The position numbers and the translations under genes are program-made. Positions 12,844-24,737 of a DNA stretch of 64,000 bases are shown here, piece by piece. The notes below the pieces were generated by a model that made no database searches, had not been told where the DNA came from, and worked only from the letters and a program-made list of their open reading frames with translations. The first letter of the stretch is position 1. The number at the start of each line of letters is the position of its first letter. Source of the DNA: Felis catus (taxonomy: Eukaryota); the NCBI RefSeq assembly GCF_018350175.1, contig NC_058368.1, forward strand, positions 215,638,001 to 215,702,000, in the 5' to 3' direction.

Positions 12844-13823
12844 ACCGACTTAGGAAATTGGCAGCTTAGACAACGTCGTCACTGCATAGTGTGCTAATGC
12901 GGCTGCTTTCAAAGTCATATGGTCTAATGATGTCACCAAGACTTCTGATTATATCATTCATAGAGAGTTATAAAATCAAGTATAATATTAATAGATTTAA
13001 GGACAAACCTCCCAAAGGAGGTATTTAATGCTGCAAAATAACTTTGACATATAATTCTCCTTTCCTGTTATTGGGCTAATGATACATACATAAATTTGAA
13101 AAATGTTCATGTTTAATAATTCCTAATTACAGAGTATTTTATGAATGGGTTAAAATCACAGATATTTTTCCATCTCTTAAAATCATTCTATGTAAAGTAA
13201 AATTTCATTCCTGTTATCTCATGATGTTTTTTCACTGCCCGCAAGGTTATCATTACTGTGACCAACTCATTCAGAAATTAGACATCTGATCCTCAAGAAT
13301 CTGTCCGCTATAGAGAGAATACATTGGTGTGTAATTGGGTATTTGTGTGTGTTGTGAAGGTGGGAGATAAAGACAACTGGAAAGATCCCTTTGTGTGGAC
13401 TGAAACTCCTTTTACAAGTAACAAATTTTGCAACTAGATGCATATTTGATTTGAAAATCAAATATGAATAGTTTTGGTGGGAAAGAATGGTCACATTGTT
13501 GAAAAGCATAGTTTATTTTAAGCACACATATGTATGCAAATATATTCATATATACATATGTACTTCTCTTTCTGTTGTGGTATGTGAACTACCTATAAGG
13601 TCAGGGCTTTTAAGTAAGATGCTTTCCTGCTATATAGTCAGTAGTTCCTCAAACCTGATACATGTGTTCACCTATCAATCTGGGAAAAACAGCAGTCAGT
13701 ATTTTCCAAGAGTGTTTTTGATTTTTAAAGAAACTTCTTTCAAGTATGCATTCTCTTAATTCATAGGTAGATAGAATACCTTTTCATTCTCAGTGAAATA
13801 CTGAATTTATAGAAGGGCTTAGA

Positions 13824-13839
13824 AGGTCACGGGAGGTCA
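13824..13839 (+). promoter_or_regulatory. Perfect DR4 element AGGTCA-CGGG-AGGTCA (TR/RXR or LXR/RXR type)
   Basis: Exact consensus direct repeat with 4-nt spacer; function not shown. Confidence 0.45.
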
Positions 13840-14506
13840 GATTTAATGGTCTCCTTTATTATATAGAAGGGAATGGGTGAGGACGTTCAGGACACATTGG
13901 TTCTTACTCACATTCTAATTTTATCTTAAAATTCCATGAAATCTGTGCTCATTACTGAGCATTCTCATTGTTCTAAAGAGGACAGTGTTTGAAGGGGAAA
14001 CCTGCTCTACAAAGATGCCCTAACATTTCTACATAATTCATCTCTGCACCTGGAGTGATAGATCGGTCACTTTTTTTAAACAGTGTCCACAGAACATAAT
14101 CTGAGAAGCTCTCTTGCGGTTTGCATTAATAGGATGTGGCCTCCATACCTAGAGGTTACTGGTCTGTTGTGTAGTAGTTAATAGCTAACTGTAGAATGCT
14201 TATTTAATTTTTCAATTTAAATGCCTAGATGATGCTGGGGGCAGTGCAGATATATAAACAACTTGTTCTTGGCCTTAAGAGGTGTTATTATTGCTTGGGA
14301 TGAGCAATTATTCAAGATTTCCCCTGGAGAAGTGCAATGTGACAGATGACACACAGGCTCTATTTAGAAGCAGGCTGCCAGATGGTCAGAACCTGCATGG
14401 TGGAATGAGGACAATATGAAGAGACCTGGGGCAAAACAGTTTTTCTGTAGCAATCTGGTAGCAGACGCATTTGGAAATCTGAGGGACTAGTTCTCAAGGT
14501 TTTGGC

Positions 14507-14529
14507 GGGAGGGGGGTGGGGGTGGGGGG
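14507..14529 (+). other. G-quadruplex-forming motif
   Basis: GGG-A-GGGGGG-T-GGGGG-T-GGGGGG: four G-tracts with 1-nt loops. Confidence 0.7.
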
Positions 14530-15205
14530 ACAAGTTCCATAGAAGTACATGAAAATTAGCTCAATAGTAATGGAAACTAGACCAATTTCACAATTCGGTG
14601 GTTTCCTGATTATCGTCTTCTATGGCCCAATAGGTTGGCTCTCTTTACTTCATCATGATACAGTATTGAAGTTACGGTCAAATTTTCGATTTGCTTTAAA
14701 ACAGTTAATTGTTAGTCTAGAGCCACAGGCAAGAAAAGGAGTTGCATATTGCTCGGGCCACAGTTTCAGCAGGTTTTTCAGCTGCCCCTGTTACCAAAAT
14801 ATTTTGTGCTTTTCACAGTTTCCATGTGTGGTCTGCAGTTTACAGTGCTCAGGACCACCTTTCTTTGTCCAACCAGTATATCATTGGTGGATGAATGCAC
14901 AAAGGAGTATGACCTACTGAATGCTCGAGGAAAGGAAAGCGATGTTCTCTGCCAGCCTCCTTTTTGTGTTATATGGGAGAAGCAGATTATAATGTTGGGA
15001 AAACAGTCATTCAAGGGAAGCATCAGAGACTACCCATCCCAGCAAGTGTATACAATTCACTTCAAGCATAATACGTCTGGCATTTTAAATGTAAGGAATG
15101 TTCATTTGCTAGATTATAGCACTAACCTTTATTTAGACCTTTAAGTTAAATGTATTTTAATATAATTCAAATAAAATAAAATGCACTTGTGTCAATGCCA
15201 TGCTA

Positions 15206-15672
15206 TGGAGGGGCTCGGAACAAGTCTCCCTGAAATATTTTGCTTTGGTATGAAACTCACATTGACCTAAAAGCATACAAAACTCAGCAGATTTAGGAAA
15301 AGTTCTTTACCTCTCCCCTCAACTACCCAAGTTGACACTGGAAAGGGGACCTGTACCCAGAAGAGAGCTTTTACCAGAGATTCTTTTCTATCTAAGAAAC
15401 TTACCTGTATAGCAGGGTAAACATTTACTTTTCAACCTCCTCTCACCTACCTGAGAATGGCCTTCCACCCTTTTGTATCCCAGACCCCAACCCCTTTTCT
15501 TAGCTCAAGATGTTACCTAAGCTTCATTTACCTAGTTGCCCTGTGGGTTTCATAGTTCATATGTCCCTGTATGTATGTAATTTGTTTTTCTGTTAATCTG
15601 CCTATGTCAACTTAATCATTAAGCCAGCTACAAACCTAAGAAGAAGGAAGGAGAAATTTTTCTGGCCCTGCA
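15206..15672 (+). mobile_element. Solo LTR, ERV1 class (MER34-like)
   Basis: TG...CA ends; MER34-like 3' block TGTTAATCTGCCTATGTCAACTTAATCATTAAGCCAGC...AACCTAAGAAGAAGGAAGGAGAAATTTTTCTGGCCCTGCA. Confidence 0.75.
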
Positions 15673-16011
15673 CTGTTTTTATAACTACCCACTTTCAAGA
15701 TTTAAAACAAAACCATAGTAAAGTATCTGCTGACCTTTAAATTCTTGTTCAAAATAGTTTTGGCTATTCTAGGAAAATTGCATTTCCAATAAATTGTGAA
15801 GTTTGCCTATAAAGTTTAGAAAAAAAATTTTTCTGGGTTTTGAGTGGTACTAAAATGAAGCTATGTCTTCCAATCTATACAGTTAGTTCAATAATCTGCT
15901 TACTGAAGTTTTATTTTTAAAGAAACAATTTACAGCAGTATTTTGCTAAATTCATTCCTAGGAATTGTTGGTTTTGATACTATTGTAAATGCTACATTTA
16001 AATTTCATTTC

Positions 16012-16231
16012 GGGGCGCCTGGGTGGCGCAGTCGGTTAAGCGTCCGACTTCAGCCAGGTCACGATCTTGCGGTCCGGGAGTTCGAGCCCCACATCAGGCT
16101 CTGGGCTGATGGCTCAGAGCCTGGAGCCTGTTTCCGATTCTGTGTTTCCCTCTCTCTCTGCCCCTCCCCCGTTCATGCTCTGTCTCTCTCTGTCCCAAAA
16201 ATAAATAAACGTTAAAAAAAAATTAAAAAAA
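16012..16231 (+). mobile_element. Young SINEC_Fc
   Basis: Near-consensus; TSD AAATTTCATTTC at 16000-16011 and 16232-16243. Confidence 0.98.
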
Positions 16232-16376
16232 AAATTTCATTTCAATTTAATTTATATTCAAATATTTTGTTCATGGTATTGAAAAATAAAATTCCTCTTG
16301 ACATATTAACCTTGTATTTTGAAACTTGTCAAGATCAGTGTTTAACAATATTATATACATTTAGATTTATTTCAGA

Positions 16377-16601
16377 TTTTTTATTTTTTATTATCATTTT
16401 TTATGTTTGTTTATTTTGAAAGAGAGACACAGAGCATGAGCAGGAGAGGGGCAGAGAGAGAGGGAGACACAGAAACTGAAGCAAGCTCCAGGCTCTGAGC
16501 TGTCGGTGCAGAGCCTGATGCGGAGCTCTAACTTAGGAACTGCAAGATCATGACTTGAGCAGAAATTGGATGCTTAATGGAAAAAGCCACCCAGGTGCCC
16601 C
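16377..16601 (-). mobile_element. CAN-SINE
   Basis: Reverse head GCCACCCAGGTGCCCC, (GA)n tract, T-rich tail. Confidence 0.95.
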
Positions 16602-17224
16602 TATGTCAGGTTGCTTTAAAAACAAAGATTCTTATATAGTTTGGAAATAGTTTTAAAGGGGGACATTTTTGCCCTGTTGCAAATCTTAGCGTAAAAAGTG
16701 TGGTATTTCACTATTAAATATGATATTAGCTCTAGGTGTTTCACAAATGACTTCTGAATTTGAAAATAATGTTTCTTCTATTCCTAATTAATGGATTTTA
16801 AAAATCATAAATAGCTTTTGAGTATTACAAATGTTTTCTTTGTGTCTATTGAAATGACCATAGAAGTTATATTTCTGTTGATAATATAGTGAATCCTTTC
16901 TTTGTAACTATTGAAAAAATATTGCATCCCTGGGTATAAAATTCAACTTAATTCTATATTGTCACATATGTGAATGTTTTAGTTTTTTTTTTTTTTTTTT
17001 GTATCTCTGCTAAAAAGCAGTATTTGTACTTTTCTTGTAATGTCTATGTCAGATTTGGATATCAGAGATAAGCTGGCCTCAAAAATGAGCTGGTAGATAT
17101 TCTCTCCTCATTTAGAATTTATAAAATCTGTCAATATATTTTCTTTATAGAGAAGGTTTGTGGGTAAAAATTAAATATCCTTAATAAATAGATATAAGGT
17201 TAATCAGATATTTCATTAAAAAAT

Positions 17225-17425
17225 AAAGTTTATTCATTTTGAGAGAGAGAGAGAGCAGGTGAGGAGCAGAGAGAGAGAGAGAGAGAGAGAGGAGAGGGAA
17301 TCTCAAGCAGGCTCTGCACTGTTAGCACAGAGTCTGACATGGGGCTCAAACTCAAGAACAATGAGATCATGACCTGAGCTGAAAGCGAGTTGGACATTCA
17401 ACCAACTGAGCCACCCAGGTGTCCC
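17225..17425 (-). mobile_element. CAN-SINE
   Basis: Reverse head GAGCCACCCAGGTGTCCC, long (GA)n. Confidence 0.95.
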
Positions 17426-17989
17426 TCCATTTCTTTTTAATCTGTTTTGGTACATTATTTTTCTAAAGCTTATGAAATTGTTTCTCAAATTTTATAAATG
17501 TGTCTATTAAATATAAATTGTCCAATTTATTGATTTAAAGTTGTTTATAAATTCTCATTATTCCTCTTTTGATGTCTGAAGTGTCTGTAATGATGTCCTC
17601 TCATCCATTCCTGCTATTGGTTGAGAGACAGAAAGAACTTGTTTACCTAATAGTCTTGTAAGAAGTTTGCCAACTTTGTTTTTCAAATAACTTTTGCTTT
17701 TGTTTTCTCTTTTTTAGAAATATTTTCTACTTCTATTTCATTCGACTGATTTTATCATTGTTTCTTTTTTTTTTTTTTTTTGGTATTTACTATGGATTAA
17801 ATTGTTCTTTTAAAACTTTTCTTAGTGTAGAAACATCTATCATTGCTTTTCTTAAATGTTTCCTTTTTCCAATATAGGAATTTGGTGGTAAAAAATTTCC
17901 CTGTAAGCAATGTTTAACCTTGTCTCACAAATTCAGATAGGCTGTATTTTCATTATTCAACTTGAAATACTATATAATTTCTCTGGTCA

Positions 17990-18212
17990 TTTTTATTTCA
18001 TTTTTTGAGGGATGTGGGTAGAGTGCACACATGCACGCAGGCACATGAATGAGCCAGGAAGGGGCAGAGGGAGAGGGCGAGAGAAAATCTTAGGCAGGCT
18101 CCACGCCTGGTGTGGAAGCCCCACTCAGGGTTCCATCTCAGGATTGTGAGGTCATGACATGAGATAAAATCCATAGTCTGAGGCTTAACCAGCTGGGCCA
18201 CCCAGGGGCCCC
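17990..18212 (-). mobile_element. CAN-SINE (older)
   Basis: Reverse head GGCCACCCAGGGGCCCC; degenerate TSD CTGGTCATTT / CTGGTGCTTT. Confidence 0.9.
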
Positions 18213-18921
18213 CTGGTGCTTTAATTTTTTATTCATTTTTTGTATGTGTGTGTGTGTTAATATCAAATATTTAATGATTCACCAGATATATTGGAGTTAT
18301 TGATATGCAATTTAAATTGTGATTAGAGCATAGGCTCTGTTATATGTCAATCATTTAAAGCTTAATGAGTTTTATTATTTGGCCCAAAACTGGTCTATCT
18401 TGGTGAATGTTAGTCTGCACTATGAAAAAAAAAAAAAAGTATATTCCGTAGTGGTTTTTTGTATTGTTCTGTAAACACAAATTTGACCAGTGTTGTTGAT
18501 AGCTTTTCTCATACCTTGTATATTTTTACTGAAAATCATTTATTCTGTTTTATCAGTTACTGAAAAAAACATTTTTATAATCTTCACCCATCATCATGGA
18601 CCTGTTTTATCTCTTAATTCTGTCATTTTGCTTTTGGAAATATTAAATGTTGAAACATTCTTTTTAAGGCACATACTTAATATTTTTATGTTAAAATTGA
18701 GAAAAAAAGTATGCACAGAATATCTCATGAAATATTACCTTAGAATTAAGAACACTTCAGATGTGTTAAGTCTATTTGGCCTGTGCCAGGTTTCTAAAGT
18801 AATTTTTGATTTGGAGGCTACCTATTTTGAAAATACAGTAAAACACATTTTCATATTCAGAGAATTTTGTTGCTTAATTCATATTTTCTTGATTGTAAAA
18901 GGTGTTAAAAAAGGTTTTTTA

Positions 18922-19134
18922 GGGGTGCCTGGGTGGCGCAGTCGGTTAAGCGTCCGACTTCAGCCAGGTCACGATCTCGCGGTCCGTGAGTTTGAGCCCC
19001 GCGTCGGGCTCTGGGCTGATGGCTCAGAGCCTGGAGCCTGTTTCCCATTCTGTGTCTCCCTCTCTCTCTGCCCCTCTCCCGTTCATGCTCTGTCTCTCTC
19101 TGTCCCAAAAATAAATAAACGTTGAAAAAAAAAA
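18922..19134 (+). mobile_element. Young SINEC_Fc
   Basis: Near-consensus, pure A tail; TSD AAAAAAGGTTTTTTA at 18907-18921 and 19135-19149. Confidence 0.98.
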
Positions 19135-19238
19135 AAAAAAGGTTTTTTATAAAGGAAAATAATCTAGCCATTATGGTTGCTTTCAGTATAACAAAAATCC
19201 TTCCTTGGAAAGTAACTTGATGGTATTAATCAATTTCA

Positions 19239-19350
19239 ACTCTGTCACTTTCTATGTGCGTGATCTTGACCTCATTTATTTGTACTTCAGATTCCTGTTC
19301 TATAAATTTGGCTTGTTGAGATAATTGAATGAGTTCAACCATGTAAATGT
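19239..19350 (+). mobile_element. MIR fragment
   Basis: Degenerate core CTCTGTCACTT...GTGATCTTG...TTCCTGTTCTATAAA...TTGTTGAGATAATTGAATGAG. Confidence 0.55.
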
Positions 19351-19477
19351 ATTTTTAAAAATGGCAGTTACGTATTAAGATCCCATACCTAAGGAATGAT
19401 CATTAGTTTTATAAATGTAATGATTACTGTTTTATACTATTTTGTTTAGGTCTGTTAGATAAAAATAGACACAGTTT

Positions 19478-19688
19478 TCTTTTAATGTTCATCTACCTTG
19501 AAAAAGAGAGAGAATGAGCACACAAGTAGGGGGAGGGGCGGAGGGAGGAGGAGAGAGAGAATCCCAAGCAGGCTGCATGCTGTCAGCCCAGAGGCCAATG
19601 TGGGGCTCGAACCCATGAACCACAAGATCATGACCTGTGCCAAAATCAAGAGTCTGTCCCTTAACCAACTGAGCCACCCAGGTGCTCC
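19478..19688 (-). mobile_element. CAN-SINE
   Basis: Reverse head GAGCCACCCAGGTGCTCC. Confidence 0.94.
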
Positions 19689-19701
19689 TAGAGATAGGTG
19701 A

Positions 19702-19953
19702 TTTTTTTTTTAAGTTTAAAATTTTTTTAACATTTATTTATTTGAGAAAGAGAGAGTACAAACAGAGAAAGGGGAAGCGAGGTGGCAGGGGTGGGGGGTG
19801 GGGGGGATGAGGGTGGTGGGAAGAGAGGATCCCAAGCAGGCTCTGTGAAATTAGCACAGAGCTGAATGCAGGACTCAAACCATGAACTGTGAGATCATGA
19901 CCTGAGCCGAATCAAGAGTCAGATACTTAACCAACTGAGCCACCCAGGTGCCC
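19702..19953 (-). mobile_element. CAN-SINE with an expanded G-rich tract
   Basis: Reverse head GAGCCACCCAGGTGCCCC; tandem with the preceding copy. Confidence 0.94.
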
Positions 19954-21724
19954 CTAGATGCAGGTATTTTATTGAGATGGTATGATTTAATTAAAAAAAA
20001 TAAAGAAAAAGAAAAACCTCATTCCATTGTAGAATATCTCAACTGATGCATATTTATAAAAACTGATGTTCTTTGATAATATTAAGGCTAATATTTTACA
20101 TGACAAACATGACAAATATTTTACATGACAATTAGATCTAAGTAATATCAGTAGACAACACTTCTAGTAATACCATTCACTTGAAGCAGGCTAAAGGTAT
20201 AGCTTTAAAAATATACTTTCATATTTTAGCCACCAATTCCTTTTTTGGACAGCCTGGGCATAAGTGTTTATAGGCTCTTCTTTAATGCTTGGCTGTAAAG
20301 TTTAAAAAGAAATTGCCCAATGGGTAGAAGCCCAAGAATTTACTAAGTAATTAGAGTTGATAATCAACATAAATCAAAGATCCTGCCTAATTGATGTTTG
20401 CATTACTTTCTGCTTAGTTTTATATTAAGACTTACTTAAAATGGAGTCTTAATTACTGATAGATAAAATGATGGAGATACTATTGTAAATATACTATCTG
20501 TCAAGGTTATCTGTATACCTGTTATCTCCTTACTTATCTGTCTGGATATATTGATTCTGTTTCTATTTTTCTATCACCTATCTAACTATCTATGAGAGAG
20601 AGATCAGTATACTCATGCATATATATGTATATATAAAGGGAGAAGTTTACCTAGAGATTGTATATTTAGAGATAGATAATCTCTATAAATCTAGAGAGCA
20701 TATCTATATCACAGTATCTATATCTGGAGGGAAAGGTTTATAGTTATTCTCCTCTTCTTTTTATTCATGGGGGTGGGGCAGAGAGGGAGATACAGACAGA
20801 AAAAAATGTATTAGTAGTTCCTGAACTTGTTCTCAGATAGCGATACATGAAGAAAACAAAATTGTTATATCTACTCTGTAGAATACACACCATTCATCTA
20901 GTTTCAGTGACCTGATTTACAATCCAAATGTCATGACAAATATAGTCTCTCTTGAACTTTGTGGAGAATCTCAACCTTGTGAGTAAGAGCAAATAACAGA
21001 AAATATAACCTTTAATAGATCCTTTGGGAGCATTATTTAATTCTGTTATTGGCAAATCTTTATTTCTAGTGATAATTACAAATAAGACAAAATAAAATTA
21101 GCTATCTTAATGTCTTTTGAGAGTCATTTCCTTCTCTATCCAACTTTTTTGTAATCATATTAATACCAAAAAAATGGAGAAAAGAAAAATATCAACTGGA
21201 AAAAAAGATTGGATTCAGAAAAGATTTGTAAAAAATATGCTGCAAGTTAAACCTAAATGCAATGTTCCCTTTATTTAGGGGTTCCACAAATAAATTTTGG
21301 GAAGAAATTTCGGAAAATAGAATTTTGAAATCTTAGCTATGTGGGAAGATTCATGTAGAGTGAACTGAAGCTTCATGTTAAGTAGGGTGACTAGAGTAAG
21401 GAAAATATGTCCTGTTTCAGTAATCTGTAAACATTCTGCCCGTGTCATTATGAGATTATTGACAACATTCTTTTGGGAAACATATGGTTTACTGAGTTAT
21501 AACAATATTAATACCACCTGTGTCCCTAATTAGAGCACTTCAATTTAGTTACTCTTAAGTATCAAAATCATGTTCAATACTCATTACCAGGGCTAAGTTA
21601 ATCACATAATAATGAGTAATACCAAGATGTCAAAATCACTTAGAATTACTGAGGCTAATTGCACATTAAAAGGATATAATATACACACCATGGCCCACTA
21701 AAGCACAATTAGGTACATTTTACT

Positions 21725-21836
21725 ACTTTTCCCCACAATGTATCCCCAGTTCCAGGCCCAATGCCTGGAATCCCCTAGGCACATGGCAAGTATTAAAAAA
21801 AAAAAAAATACTGGTGTATAAATAAATGACTGAATG
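21725..21836 (+). mobile_element. L2 3' end fragment
   Basis: TGTATCCCCAG...ATGCCTGG...AAATAAATGACTGAATG resembles the L2 terminus. Confidence 0.55.
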
Positions 21837-22071
21837 TAGTAGGAACTTTCCCATATGCAAAAAGCAATGTAGTCAGAGGATCACTGAACAAGACAGGTGG
21901 GAAATTAAAGAACATACTGAATTCATATTTCAGAAAAAATAAGCTATTTACTTCTGCTCCTAGGTTTTTTGTAATTTTGTTGGAAAGAACAAATCCACTT
22001 AATCCAGCGTAGACACTAAAAGCAATGAATTACCCCTACATTGCTGAGTGATTCGGAGGTATAGAAATACG

Positions 22072-22250
22072 AGTACTCCTCAACCCTGTGCACGAGAATC
22101 ACCCAGAAAGGAGTAGAAATGAGAACAGCATTGCCAGTTTTTCATCCCCACATCATTTGATTATTTATTTTTGGGTGTGTCTCAGACATGAGGATTTTTA
22201 AAAGTACCTCACCTCAGATTATTTAGCAATGTAGGTAGGGTGAGAAGTAA
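22072..22250. mobile_element. MER5A-like hAT-Charlie MITE
   Basis: CTCAACCCTGTGCACGAGAATCACC ... GGATTTTTAAAAGTACC ... AATGTAGGTAGGGTGAGAA follows the MER5A layout. Confidence 0.6.
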
Positions 22251-22329
22251 GAGCCAGATGGAGAAAGAAGTTCTAACCAGTAGAGGGATAGTATAAACCA
22301 AAAAATACAAACATGAACTATTAGAAGTA

Positions 22330-22670
22330 GTGAGGTATCATGGTGCTAGAGGGACACAGTATTTGGAGATGAAGCTGAGAAAGAAATGCATAAAGGAATT
22401 TGTATTAAGCTGTTAGAGGCTACGGTCTTACTGTAGAAAATAGGTAGGGATGTGCGGATTTCCAGTAGAGGAATGGCAGAGTAATTAGGTTGAACTTCTT
22501 ACAGACATGTGGCTATATCCAAAGAGAATCATTCAGGATTCTTATAAGAGATGATGAGAACTTGAATAAGAATAAAGAAGGTGATAAAAGGATACAAATA
22601 TATGTGTATCTATTTGTGTTTTTATTAAGTTGATAAATTCAATTTGGAGGAGCTGGCTTCTAATTTGAAT
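22330..22670 (-). mobile_element. L2 fragment
   Basis: Purine-rich L2-like blocks (GGAGATGAAGCTGAGA...GAGGAATGGCAGAGTAATTAGGTTG). Confidence 0.5.
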
Positions 22671-22796
22671 AAATGATAATATAAACAGCTAATGCTATTT
22701 CCTAATATTAATGCTAATTTGCTAATGCCAAATCTCAGAGGCAATAAATGGTCAAGCTCCAGAGTTTATAAATCCAAAGCGTAGGTTGACATTATC

Positions 22797-22986
22797 TTAT
22801 TTTAATGTTTATTTTTGAGACAGAGAAAGAGAGAGTGGGAGAGAGGCAGACTGAGAGAGAATCCCAAGCAGGCTCCATGCCACGGGCACAGAGCCCAATG
22901 TGGAGCTTGAACTCACAAACCAGGAGATTGTGACCTGAGCTGAAATCAAGAGTTAGACACCTAACTGACTAAGCCACCCAGGCACC
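22797..22986 (-). mobile_element. CAN-SINE
   Basis: Reverse head AAGCCACCCAGGCACC; degenerate TSD CATT(A/G)TCTT. Confidence 0.94.
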
Positions 22987-23077
22987 TGACCATTGTCTTT
23001 TTTTACTGTAAAAAATTATCTCCTTTAGTTAAGGAAAGTAGGGTGGGAACAATATAGAAGAAAGAAGCAATCACAGG

Positions 23078-23694
23078 TACATTAATTTTCCATGCTGCAT
23101 AGCAACTTAACACACACTTAGTAGCTTAAAGAAAAATATTACTTCACGGTTCATATGCAGAAGTCTCTGCTCCAAGTTGGCAGGATTGGGTCTGGTGTGG
23201 CCAAAAATTAAGGTGTACTCAGTTGGGCTCTTATCTAAAAGATCTGAGAAAGAATCAGATTCCAAGTTCATTCCTCCTGTTGATGTAGATTGGTTTCTTG
23301 TGACTGTATCCTTCAGTTCCCTGTTTCCTTGCCATCAGCTAGAAGCCCCTCTCTGCTCTGTTGCTTCCTGGGTTCTTTTTTCATGTGTCTTTCCTCCTCC
23401 CACCACCCATATAGAAGCTAGCAATATGTGCCAACTGCTTCTCATGCTTCAAATCTGTTTGACACCTGCTACTTCATCTCTGACTTCCTTTTCTGCTACC
23501 AAACAGAGAACAGTCTCTTCTTTCAAGGACCCATTAGACCAGGCCAACATCATCTTTATTTTAAGACTGGCTTTAGAAGTTAATTACATCTGCAAAATCT
23601 CATCATAGTAGTAGGAGATTCATATTTAGTTGAATAACCAGGGGGCAAGAATCTTGGGGGTGGGTGGAGACTATTTATAAAATTATGTCCAACA
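23078..23694 (-). mobile_element. MaLR solo LTR (MLT1E-like)
   Basis: ATTAATTTTCCATGCTGCATAGCAA...GATTCCAAGTTCATTC...TTAATTACATCTGCAAAATC...GGGGCAAGAATCTTGGGGG. Confidence 0.8.
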
Positions 23695-24528
23695 GAGGAA
23701 GATACAATTATATATACAGACATACACACAGAGTGAAGGTTCATCAGCTTTTGGCCAGTGATACAAATTATTAGAGTAAATAAATTTGCATAAGAGGATA
23801 TTCAGAAAATCAGAAGAGAGGCCTGAGCCAACTTATGGGTAGTAAAGTCACGGAAGGAGGAAGAGAAAATTCAAGGCAAAATAGCTGATCAAGGAGAGCA
23901 TGTTTATCTCCTCTCTGGAAGCAAAGGTGGAAAACAATTTTTAAAGGTTAAATCAATTTTCTATGTGAAATGATGAGAAGAGATTAAATAAGATTTCACA
24001 AACAAATGCTGGATTTGGCCATTAATTATCCAAGTGATAGCTGGGTGTAAAAGACATAATGAAGTTCACAAGTTGAACATCAGAAAGTCAAGAACATAGA
24101 AGTGACAGGATCAGAACTGGATTGATTTTTGACAAACTTGGATGAGAAGACAGTCTAAGAGCAGCATTTAGAAAACATTTAGGGCAAAGAAAAAATCTAT
24201 TAATTTTTAAGTTTTATTATAAAAGATTTGAAAATATGTGTGAGGGGAATTATTGATAGAACAAGTTCTTGGAGGAAATGTGAGAAAAGATGTGCAAGAA
24301 CAATACCGAGTCTAATCTCAAATGAGGGCCTGATTTTATGCACTGTATTAGCATTTCTCCCTTTTGAATGATTCTTTAGGAAGTCTAAAAACTCCATCAT
24401 CCCCCATTCGCCCAGTTCTAGGCAATCAAAACAGATTCCCTTAGTGCATTAATTGTTTGGGGAAAAAAAGGAAACATAACAAGTCATACCAAATTGAGAG
24501 TTAAATCTGTCATAACTTAAAAGTGGTT

Positions 24529-24723
24529 GGGGCACCTGGGTGGCTCAGTTGGTTAAATGTCTGACTTCAGCTCAAGTCATGCTCTCTCAGTTTGTGGGTT
24601 CAAGCATCACATGGGCTGGGTGTTGACCCTCAGAACCTGGAGTCTGTTTCAGATTCTGTATCTCCCTCTCTCTCTGCCCCTCTCCACGTTTTCTCTCTCT
24701 TTCAAAAATAAACATTTTTTTTT
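24529..24723 (+). mobile_element. CAN-SINE
   Basis: GGGGCACCTGGGTGGCTCAGTTGG head, CT tract, tail. Confidence 0.95.
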
Positions 24724-24737
24724 AAGTGGTAAATAAT

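Larger units (their letters stand above)
15735..18680 (-). mobile_element. Old LINE-1 ORF2 relic (L1M), split by four SINEs
   Basis: T-rich antisense L1 blocks, e.g. TTCAAAATAGTTTTGGCTATTCTAGG, TATCAGAGATAAGCTGGCCTCAAAAATGAG, TGGTCTATCTTGGTGAATGTT. Confidence 0.8.

Noticed and set aside
14549..15144. Overlapping 123-aa and 131-aa ORFs in unique sequence
   Set aside because: No recognisable domain and no convincing exon boundaries; ORFs of this length occur by chance in 64 kb.
18490..19125. 211-aa ORF, and similar ORFs at 15943 and 61638 containing PGWRS.LS.RLQPGHDLAVR.FEP
   Set aside because: The shared peptide is a frame of the SINEC_Fc consensus; the upstream parts are AT-rich or L1-derived.
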